From an uncultured Christensenella sp. (GTDB lineage Bacteria; Bacillota; Clostridia; Christensenellales; UBA3700), in contig CAJUEA010000001.1 in assembly GCA_910584975.1 (NCBI GenBank), forward strand, positions 127,127 through 191,126: DNA of 64,000 nucleotides, read 5' to 3'. The position numbers were made by a program, and so were the translations under genes. This document shows, one piece after another, positions 49,938 to 57,491 of the stretch; position 1 is the first letter of the stretch, and every line of letters starts with the position of its first letter. The notes under the pieces are model-generated. The model made no database searches. It was not told the DNA's origin and saw only the letters and a list, made by a program, of their open reading frames with translations.

Positions 49938-50699
49938 TTATTTGCTCTGTTCAGTGGTGACTGCTTGTAAATTTTCGCTTATTTCTGCAATTTCAGTCTC
50001 ATTTTGTTGTTTGTCGATGTTGGTTGAAGAAGTTTCGTTTTTCACAGGCATAGAATTATTTTGTTTGTTTTCGATATAATTAATTTGATTATCCAATGCC
50101 AAATTTTGTTTAGTTTGCTCATTTAATTGCTCAATGTCTTTATCAGTTGTGGTTTTGCTATCCATTTTGTCAAACACAAATTTTTTCAAAGGATAATAAA
50201 GTATAAACAGCAAGACGGCATTGATTGCAACCACAATTGGTTGTGAAGTTAAGCGTGTCAGCCAAAATGCTGCAAAAGTTTTGCTGCTGCCACCTGCTGA
50301 AGCAATAAGCCAAGTGCCAAGAGTTGACAAGCCCATTGTACAAATAAACAAGCTTAACACAATTGATATTGCTAGTTTGATAAAAGGATGAATTTTTTTT
50401 ATCATAAAAATTAATCCTGGGATAACACCAATCAGCATACATGATATCAAGATAACAGGCGATGGCGAATATCCTTTTGTGATAGCACCCAGCAAATCTC
50501 CACATAATCCAACAATTCCACCAGAAATCGGACCTAAAAACATTCCTGCGACAAAACAAGGGATATAGGTAAATGCTATTGAAAGATAGCCAATATCCAG
50601 TGCAACAGTGTTAAGCACCATATCCAGTGCAATAAGAATCGCCGTATAGGCAATAATAAGTGAGCGGCGTTTGTTAAGCTTAAAATTATACTTTGTCAT
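49938..50699 (-). CDS. folT: ECF-transporter S component, folate-family (FolT-like), with ~70-aa polar C-terminal tail
   Basis: Six hydrophobic helices; directly preceded by a THF riboswitch; ATG 50699 follows AGGAGGT. The tracked ORF start (50861) reads through the riboswitch and is rejected. Confidence 0.7.
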   Translation of the reverse strand: MTKYNFKLNKRRSLIIAYTAILIALDMVLNTVALDIGYLSIAFTYIPCFVAGMFLGPISGGIVGLCGDLLGAITKGYSPSPVILISCMLIGVIPGLIFMIKKIHPFIKLAISIVLSLFICTMGLSTLGTWLIASAGGSSKTFAAFWLTRLTSQPIVVAINAVLLFILYYPLKKFVFDKMDSKTTTDKDIEQLNEQTKQNLALDNQINYIENKQNNSMPVKNETSSTNIDKQQNETEIAEISENLQAVTTEQSK

Positions 50700-50754
50700 A
50701 AAAAAAGTACCTCCTAAATTGTTGGAGAGTACCGAGAAAATTATTGTGCAATAA

Positions 50755-50856
50755 CTTGCCTCGGATGTGAAATACAACCGCAGAGGGAAAATCCTCTTTC
50801 GTCCATAGTCAACATCCCGTTCTATGGCACTTAACGCTGCATTTCTACTCAGCAAA
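50755..50856 (-). promoter_or_regulatory. THF (tetrahydrofolate) riboswitch, THF-I class
   Basis: Minus-strand read GCUGAGUAGAAAUGCAGCGUUAAGUGCCAUAGAACGGGAUGUUGACUAUGGACGAAAGAGGAUUUUCCCUCUGCGGUUGUAUUUCACAUCCGAGGCA aligns block-for-block with the remembered Eubacterium siraeum folT aptamer (GAGUAG…GCGUUAAGUG…GGGAUGU…ACGAA…GCGGU…CAUCCG), with compensatory pairing (AAAUGCA/UGUAUUU, CCAUAG/CUAUGG, AGAGG/CCUCU). Confidence 0.85.
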
Positions 50857-51064
50857 AACATTGTAGCATATAAAAACTAATTATGGCAAGTGTTTTGAGA
50901 GATAATTGCACAAAAAGCACTCACAAATCTTGCTAGGGGGGTTAAGATATTGCTATTACCACATGTTTTAAATGCCTTTGTTGACAACTTTGCGTTTTTA
51001 TTATATAATAAATATAATTCAAAGTTTTTATTAAGATAATTTGCATATTTAAATAAGGATAAAA

Positions 51065-51388
51065 ATGAACGATTTTGATAAAAAAGTTTATGAGGTTGTA
51101 AAAAGTATTCCTGTGGGATATGTTATGAATTATGCAATGGTGGCAGAACTTGCAGGCTATCCAAGATGTGCAAGGCATGTGGGCAGAGCATTGCATAATA
51201 ATCCCGACCCTGCCAATATCCCTTGTCATAGGGTGGTTATGAAAGACGGCAGTCTTACCCCTGCATTTGCCTTTGGTGGAGAGGGAGAGCACAGAAGAAG
51301 ACTGGAAAATGAAGGTATTACTTTTGTCCACGACAAAGTCGATATGAAGGTGCATTTGTTTGATATAGTGCAACTTTTGCAAAAATAA
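51065..51388 (+). CDS. MGMT-family protein (methylated-DNA-protein-cysteine methyltransferase DNA-binding/active-site domain only)
   Basis: 107 aa; IPCHRVV active-site-type motif. Confidence 0.8.
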   Translation: MNDFDKKVYEVVKSIPVGYVMNYAMVAELAGYPRCARHVGRALHNNPDPANIPCHRVVMKDGSLTPAFAFGGEGEHRRRLENEGITFVHDKVDMKVHLFDIVQLLQK

Positions 51389-51393
51389 GGCTA

Positions 51394-51441
51394 TTGTCAT
51401 TATGAGAGTTGAGGTGTATAAGGAAGAATCTTCGACTTGGC
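51394..51441 (+). repeat. Single copy of the interspersed intergenic repeat family
   Basis: TTGTCATTATGAGAGTTGAGGTGTATAAGGAAGAATCTTCGACTTGGC parallels 54932-54980 and the 37.2-37.7 kb units. Confidence 0.7.
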
Positions 51442-51627
51442 TTGTTAGGTATGATAAAGACAAACATTGTTTTTAAATTATTGTGTAAATTTTGATTTAA
51501 TTGGTAATTAAATGTCTAAAAAGCGAAGATTAGTTATTTGTTTTGCTACATTGCAAACAAATTTTATTTGGAGATAAAAATTCATTTGCTAAAGATAAAA
51601 ATTTTTAAGGATAGTATGGTTTGAGGT

Positions 51628-52518
51628 ATGAAAAAACACATTTTGCTAACGACTGCTGTTTTAATGATTTCTGCATCAATTGTTTTAAGTGGATGTAGCA
51701 GCAACAAAATTATGAAAAGTTTGATGGAAAAAGGCTATTTTTCAAATAGCTATGATAATGCAATATCTCAAACAGATATTGCAGGGATGATTTCTTCTCA
51801 TTTTGAAAGTTCAACCAGTAAAAGTGTAAAAAAGAAAAAGGCAATTTTGATTACTATTGATGGTATGAGAGCAGAAGGGTTAACTCACATTATGGAAAGT
51901 GACCTTGGAATGTCTCAGATTTCAAAAGACGGAGGATTGTATTGGACAAAGCCAGCAAATCTAAATAGTAAGGCAAAAGTTGATGAGGGTGTCAATTTTT
52001 TGAGTATCGTAACTGGCACAGAGCCTTCTGAGTTTGGTGTTTTGAAAAGCACTGATGTAAAAAGAGAGTTGCCATATTCTATAATGACAAAAGTTGCAGA
52101 AAAATATAATGTTAAATTTTTGACAGACAATAAAAACTATGCAAACAAACATCTTGCAGAGGAGTTTGTTGCAAAGCAATCACAAAAACTTTCGGTGGTT
52201 ACAAACAATGAACTTAATCAGTTGAGGGCAGATTGCTTGAAAAGTTTGGATAACAATGATTTTATTATGGTGGCAATTTCAAATCCTTACGATGTTGCAG
52301 CAGGAAATTTCAAACTTAGCAACGAAAGTTATCTTTCTGCAATCATACATTTAAACTATTATATTTCAGAGCTTTATGAACAAGTGAAATTGCGTGCAAC
52401 TGAAGATTGGCTTTTTGTTGCCACAACAACTTGTGGTGGAAATTCAAAGCTTGCAGCAAACAATGAAGAAGGCAATATTTTGACATTTATGTTTACTAAT
52501 AAGGCTATTGAAGATTAA
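51628..52518 (+). CDS. Lipoprotein with degenerate alkaline-phosphatase/NPP-superfamily fold
   Basis: Lipobox LSGC|SS; ILITIDGMRAEG resembles the first metal-binding Asp motif of type I phosphodiesterase/NPP enzymes, but nucleophile and His motifs appear replaced (NFLSIVTGTEPSEFGV; TTTCGGN). Confidence 0.45.
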   Translation: MKKHILLTTAVLMISASIVLSGCSSNKIMKSLMEKGYFSNSYDNAISQTDIAGMISSHFESSTSKSVKKKKAILITIDGMRAEGLTHIMESDLGMSQISKDGGLYWTKPANLNSKAKVDEGVNFLSIVTGTEPSEFGVLKSTDVKRELPYSIMTKVAEKYNVKFLTDNKNYANKHLAEEFVAKQSQKLSVVTNNELNQLRADCLKSLDNNDFIMVAISNPYDVAAGNFKLSNESYLSAIIHLNYYISELYEQVKLRATEDWLFVATTTCGGNSKLAANNEEGNILTFMFTNKAIED

Positions 52519-52579
52519 TATTTTGCATAATATTTTTATTAGTCAAAAACATAATATCAATAATTAAAAAGAGGAAAAA

Positions 52580-54064
52580 ATGAAGAAAAACGCATCGAAA
52601 ATCGGTATATTTGAAAAATTTTCATTTGCAGTGGGAGAAATTTATGGCTCTGGTGGTGTGGCAATTTTGTCATTGCTGTACCTTTGGTTTTTAATAAACA
52701 TAATCAAAATACCTGCTGGAATGGCAGGTACTATTATAATGCTTGCAAGGTTTTGGGATGCATTTACTGACCCAATAATGGGCAGTGTTTCGGACAACAC
52801 AAGAACAAAATGGGGCAGACGAATTCCTTATATTTTCGCCTCTGGAATTTTGATTGTGATTGCGCTTTTTGTGCTTTTTATGCCAATTCAAGGTTGGACA
52901 AGTCTTGCTGGCAAAGTGGCTTATGTGGTGTTTGCACATTTATTTTACAGCACGGTGTCAACAATTTTTAATGTGCCATATTTGTCTTTATCGTCAGAGA
53001 TAAGTGAAAACTTGAAAGAGAGAAACTCAATGAATTTTGTGAGACTTGCAATGGGTATGCTTTCCACTGCAATTTGCTATCTTGTGATTTCTGCATTAAA
53101 AGATATGTTGATTGTGGATGAGGCGACAGGCGTTGCAAAACTTACCGAAACACAATTTGCTTTGATTGTGGCAGGAATTTTTGCAGTTATGTTTGCAGTG
53201 CCAATTTTGCTTACTGCTTTATTCTGTAAGGAAAGAACACCTCTTCCAAATGAAAAATTAAAGTTTTCTTTCAAAAACATATTGGAAACTTTCAAATTAA
53301 AGTGTTTCAGACGCCTTTTGCTAATGTATGTTTTTTCTTTTGTTTGCAACGAAATAATTGCCAATGTAATTATGATGTATGTGTTTAATGTTACAGGTGG
53401 CTCAAGCATTAAAATTGCAGGTTTTTCTTTGTCTGCAATTGCAAATATGTCAATGTTGCTTGGTGCAGCTGTTATAATGCCTGTTTCTTTCACGATGTTG
53501 CAAAAAAAGGTGGCAAAGCCAGTGATTTTTATGTGTGGTATCCCTATGTTTGTGATTGGTGCGATAGGGTTGGCAGCTTTTCCAACCAACACAACTATGC
53601 CTGCATTGATAATTCTTCCACTTGCTATTGCAGGGCTTGGCTTTGGTATGGCACAAATGATTCCGTGGCTTGTTTTCCCTGATGTTTGTGATGTGGCAGA
53701 GCTTAAGTCAAATGACAGAAATCCGGGTGCGTACAACAGCACAATGACTTTCTTCAAAAAGTTTGCTTCAGGTGTTGCAGTGTTGATTGTTGGTTGGGTA
53801 TTGCAAGGTTTTGGCTATGACGAGCAACTTGGCACAAACGCTTTGCAACCTCAAAGTGCAGTTTTAGGAATGAGGTTGATTTTGGGCGTAAGCATTCCAT
53901 TGTGCTTGATTGTTGCATTTGTCGGTGCATTTATGATAAAAATTACCACTAAAAAGAGTGAAAGAGTAAGATATTTTGTGGAAAAACAACGCAAAAATGA
54001 ATTGGAAAACTTGTGTGAGGAAGAAAAAATGGAACTAGAGACTTTGAAAAAGGAGTTGTTTTAA
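52580..54064 (+). CDS. MFS transporter of the glycoside-pentoside-hexuronide (GPH):cation symporter family
   Basis: 12 predicted TM helices; GPH-type motif RFWDAFTDPIMGSVSDNTRTKWGRRIPY. Confidence 0.8.
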   Translation: MKKNASKIGIFEKFSFAVGEIYGSGGVAILSLLYLWFLINIIKIPAGMAGTIIMLARFWDAFTDPIMGSVSDNTRTKWGRRIPYIFASGILIVIALFVLFMPIQGWTSLAGKVAYVVFAHLFYSTVSTIFNVPYLSLSSEISENLKERNSMNFVRLAMGMLSTAICYLVISALKDMLIVDEATGVAKLTETQFALIVAGIFAVMFAVPILLTALFCKERTPLPNEKLKFSFKNILETFKLKCFRRLLLMYVFSFVCNEIIANVIMMYVFNVTGGSSIKIAGFSLSAIANMSMLLGAAVIMPVSFTMLQKKVAKPVIFMCGIPMFVIGAIGLAAFPTNTTMPALIILPLAIAGLGFGMAQMIPWLVFPDVCDVAELKSNDRNPGAYNSTMTFFKKFASGVAVLIVGWVLQGFGYDEQLGTNALQPQSAVLGMRLILGVSIPLCLIVAFVGAFMIKITTKKSERVRYFVEKQRKNELENLCEEEKMELETLKKELF

Positions 54065-54852
54065 TGGAAAGATTTTTGCTTACTGACATAACCAAATCTT
54101 TGTGCAATGCAATAAAAATTCAACCACCAATGTATGCGACAAACAGCATTGAGGTTTTGGACGATTTTGTAGAGGGAAAAACTGGTGGTTTAGGCGTTGA
54201 TAGAATTGTTGTTTTCAACCCCGATGCTATTGGGGAGTGGATTGCACAAAAATATAAAGATTTATTGAAAGATATTTGGAATGCAGATTTAAAAGTGCCA
54301 ATGCGTTCGGTTATCCCTCCAAAAACTCCTGTTTGTTTTGCCAGTATTTATACAGGTGCAGCACCACAGCAACACGGAATTCAGCACTATGAAAAGAAAA
54401 AAATAGAGCTAGATAGCTTTTTTGATGCATTGGTAAGAGCGAACAAAAAAGGTTGTATAGTCACTGTTGCAAATCAAAGTATGGATATTTTGTTTAGAGA
54501 AAGAAATATTGACTATTACGCTTTAAAAAATGATAAAGATGTTATTGCAAAGGCTGTGCAGTTGATAAATGAAAAACAATATGACATTATTTGTGTGTAT
54601 AATCAAGAGTATGATGACATTATGCATCGCACACATCCAAAATCTTTGCTTGCAAAAAGAGCATTAAGGCATTACAATCAAAATTATAAGTTGTTATTAA
54701 ACGCTATTAATCAATCTTATAAAAATGAAAAAACATTGTTTGCAACAATCACTGACCATGGCGTGCATAGGGAGTGGTATTTGCTAGGCAGTCACGGAAA
54801 AGATATTGATAAAGATATGAATATATTGCATTTTTATAATATAATAGGATAA
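54064..54852 (+). CDS. Cytoplasmic alkaline-phosphatase-superfamily enzyme (type I phosphodiesterase/nucleotide pyrophosphatase-like)
   Basis: FNPDAIG, KTPVCFASIYTGAAPQQHGI, YDDIMHRTHP, ITDHGVH motifs match the NPP/AlkP metal-ligand and nucleophile layout as I remember it; ATG overlaps upstream stop (TAATG). Confidence 0.6.
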   Translation: MERFLLTDITKSLCNAIKIQPPMYATNSIEVLDDFVEGKTGGLGVDRIVVFNPDAIGEWIAQKYKDLLKDIWNADLKVPMRSVIPPKTPVCFASIYTGAAPQQHGIQHYEKKKIELDSFFDALVRANKKGCIVTVANQSMDILFRERNIDYYALKNDKDVIAKAVQLINEKQYDIICVYNQEYDDIMHRTHPKSLLAKRALRHYNQNYKLLLNAINQSYKNEKTLFATITDHGVHREWYLLGSHGKDIDKDMNILHFYNIIG

Positions 54853-54860
54853 AATCAAAA

Positions 54861-54974
54861 TGCCATTCTGAGCTTTTAATCATCTGGAGCGAATTTGAGA
54901 GATGTCCGACTTTGGCTTATGCTTATTGTTATTGTCATTTCGAACGGACGCAGTGCAGTTGAGAAATCTCAAAC
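54861..54974 (+). repeat. Two units of the interspersed repeat family, + orientation, immediately 5' of the TIR-LRR gene
   Basis: TGCCATTCTGAGCTTTTAATCATCTGGAGCGAATTTGAGAGATG (54861-54904) and TTGTCATTTCGAACGGACGCAGTGCAGTTGAGAAATCTCAAAC (54932-54974). Confidence 0.8.
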
Positions 54975-55083
54975 TTGGCTTAATATAATTATAGAAATAA
55001 AATAAATCATTATTATAGTCGGACTGAAAGCTTTTGAAAAAAGCTTTCACGCTTGGTTCGAATGAAATACAAAAGGAATAATT

Positions 55084-57312
55084 ATGTCAAATTTGCAAAG
55101 TTTTAAGTGTAAAAATTGTGGCGCATTATTTCAAGCAGCCACAAATGAAAATGGTGTGCTTAAATGTGAGTATTGTGACAGCATATTTACTATCCCCAAA
55201 AAGGATAGTAACAACGAAGTTTTGCAATTTTTGCAAATTGGTGAACATAATTTGGATGCTTGCCATTTTGATGAGGCTTACACAGCTTTTGAAAAAGCAA
55301 GTCAGTTGAATGATAAAGAACCAGAGGCATATTGGGGTATGGCACTTGCAGAGTTTAAAGTGCAGTATATAAAAGATGCTGTAAACAATCGTTTGCAACC
55401 AATTTGTCATGAGTTCAATGATAAAGAGTTTCAAGCAAACAAAAACTACTTAAAAGCATTGAAATGTGCAGGTGCAGAGCAAAAAAGTGAGTATTTTAGC
55501 AAAGCACAAGATATTGACTATATCCGTGAGGAGTTTTTGAAATTGCAACAATCTGGTTTGGATTATGATTGCTTTATATGCGTTAAAGTGTCACAAACGG
55601 GTGTGGAACAAGCAGACATTTCAAAAAAGAATTGGACAAATGATGCATACAATGCAGATTCCATTTATGATTTGCTAAAAAGACATGATTTTCGACCATT
55701 TTTCTCCGAGCGAGAGATAAAAGGCAGAAGTGGAGCAAACTACGAGGCAATGATATTGTATGCGTTGTACACAGCAGAAACAATGCTTGTTGTGTGTAGC
55801 GACGAGGAGTATTTGAGAACACCTTGGGTAAAAAATGAATACACAAGATTTAAGTCACTAATTAAAAATGAGGAAAAGGAAAATGACTCCCTTACAATAG
55901 TTTATAATGGTAAGCCAATTGATAGATTGCCAGGAGATAACAATGGCAGAATACAGGGTATTGACTATTCAAGGAGAGAGGCAGACTTTGAAATTGTGAA
56001 GTTTGTGGAGAATCACACTCCATTGGCACGAGCAAAAAGAGAGGAAGAGACACACAGAAAACAAGAAGAAGAGTTAAGACGAGCACAAGAGACGCTAGAT
56101 TTGAAACGCCAACTTGATGAAATGAAATATCTTGTTCAAAACAAAGATTTAACTACTGATATTGCTAAGAACAAAAGACAATATAAAACAATCTTAGACG
56201 ATTTTGAAATTGAGTCAAATGTAATATTAAAATATAAAGGCGATAAACAGCAAGTTGAAATACCAGAAGGGATAACAACTATAGGAGCGAAAGCTTTTGC
56301 TGATAGCATTACTTTAAATATTGTAAAAATTCCAAACACTGTTAAAAATATTGATCATCAAGCTTTTTATAATTGTTATGGACTGCTAGTTGTAATGTTG
56401 CCTTATAGTATAATGCAAATTGGTAGTTATGCATTTGCTGGTTGTCGAGTTTTGACTAAGATAGAAATTCCAAATAGTGTAGTAAGCATAGGCGACGGGG
56501 CTTTTGAGTTTTGTGCAAGATTTAAAAGTGTTGTTGTGCCAGAAAGTGTAAAAAGCATTGGAGCAAAAGCATTTTCTCGTTGCTCACATTTGAGTAATAT
56601 TGTAATACAAAATGGCGTTGAAAGTATTGGAACAGCAGCTTTTTATGGTTGCGAAAGTTTAGAATGTGTGACCATTCCTCAAAGTGTAAAAAGTATTGGA
56701 GCAGCAGCTTTTTCTCATTGTTCTCACTTGAGCGAAATAGATTTGCCGAAAGGCTTAAAAACAATTGCTCATGACCTTTTTGCTGATTGTAATATTTGTT
56801 TGTGTGAAGTGATTATTCCTTACGGGGTAACAATTATTGAATATAATGCTTTTTCAAAATGCGAGTTATTATTTAAAGTTGAAATCCCAGAGAGTGTTAT
56901 GATTATTGAATATAATGCTTTTAAAAATTGTACTAATTTGAAAGAAATTCATATCCCACAAGGGATTAAAAGCATCAATTATGGAACTTTTTACAAATGC
57001 ACTTCGTTAAAAGTTGTGAACATTCCATCTAGTGTGGATACAATTTGTCATGAAGCCTTTTTTGGATGTAAAAGTTTGGCTGAACTAAAAATTTCAAATG
57101 GTGTAATGGCCATCGAGGAGGGAGCTTTTGCCGGTTGCAAAAGTTTGGTTGATATTTATATTCCAAGCAGTGTAATGGTTATCGAGGAGAGTGCTTTTGA
57201 ACAATGCATTAGTTTGAGAAATGTTACAATGCCGAAAAGATTTAAAAAGCAAAGACGAAAAATTTTCAAGCATTGCTCACTAAGGAAAATTAAATTTACA
57301 TATACAAAATAA
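55084..57312 (+). CDS. Cytoplasmic Zn-ribbon - helical - TIR - coiled-coil - BspA-type leucine-rich-repeat protein
   Basis: No signal peptide or TM; CKNC-x15-CEYC (aa 9-31); TIR-like aa ~160-300 (DYDCFICVKV…AETMLVVCSDEEYLRTPWVKNEYTRF…); charged coiled coil aa ~310-350; ~14 tandem 23-aa repeats IPxSVxxIGxxAFxxCxxLxxV (aa ~378-740). Confidence 0.75.
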   Translation: MSNLQSFKCKNCGALFQAATNENGVLKCEYCDSIFTIPKKDSNNEVLQFLQIGEHNLDACHFDEAYTAFEKASQLNDKEPEAYWGMALAEFKVQYIKDAVNNRLQPICHEFNDKEFQANKNYLKALKCAGAEQKSEYFSKAQDIDYIREEFLKLQQSGLDYDCFICVKVSQTGVEQADISKKNWTNDAYNADSIYDLLKRHDFRPFFSEREIKGRSGANYEAMILYALYTAETMLVVCSDEEYLRTPWVKNEYTRFKSLIKNEEKENDSLTIVYNGKPIDRLPGDNNGRIQGIDYSRREADFEIVKFVENHTPLARAKREEETHRKQEEELRRAQETLDLKRQLDEMKYLVQNKDLTTDIAKNKRQYKTILDDFEIESNVILKYKGDKQQVEIPEGITTIGAKAFADSITLNIVKIPNTVKNIDHQAFYNCYGLLVVMLPYSIMQIGSYAFAGCRVLTKIEIPNSVVSIGDGAFEFCARFKSVVVPESVKSIGAKAFSRCSHLSNIVIQNGVESIGTAAFYGCESLECVTIPQSVKSIGAAAFSHCSHLSEIDLPKGLKTIAHDLFADCNICLCEVIIPYGVTIIEYNAFSKCELLFKVEIPESVMIIEYNAFKNCTNLKEIHIPQGIKSINYGTFYKCTSLKVVNIPSSVDTICHEAFFGCKSLAELKISNGVMAIEEGAFAGCKSLVDIYIPSSVMVIEESAFEQCISLRNVTMPKRFKKQRRKIFKHCSLRKIKFTYTK

Positions 57313-57362
57313 AAAAATAAATATTTAATTTATTATTATAATCAATATATTAATGACCATAA

Positions 57363-57491
57363 GCAAAGTTTGAGCTCTCTCCTTATACCCCCAAAAAGCT
57401 ATTTTGTGGGGACCCCGTAATCACTCGAGATGACAATTCAAGCTTTTGATGTTAAGGCGAGTTTGTTTGACAAATTGAGCTCAGGATGACA
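57363..57491 (-). repeat. Two units of the interspersed repeat family, inverted orientation, immediately 3' of the TIR-LRR gene
   Basis: Revcomp of 57363-57436 = TTGTCATCTCGAGTGATTACGGGGTCCCCACAAAATAGCTTTTTGGGGGTATAAGGAGAGAGCTCAAACTTTGC (parallels D-type unit 37519-37600); revcomp of 57461-57491 = TGTCATCCTGAGCTCAATTTGTCAAACAAAC. Confidence 0.8.

Noticed and set aside
50700-50861. N-terminal 54 codons of tracked ORF 49938..50861
   Set aside because: This stretch is the THF riboswitch and its expression platform. A strong AGGAGGT-N7-ATG at 50699 gives the real FolT start.
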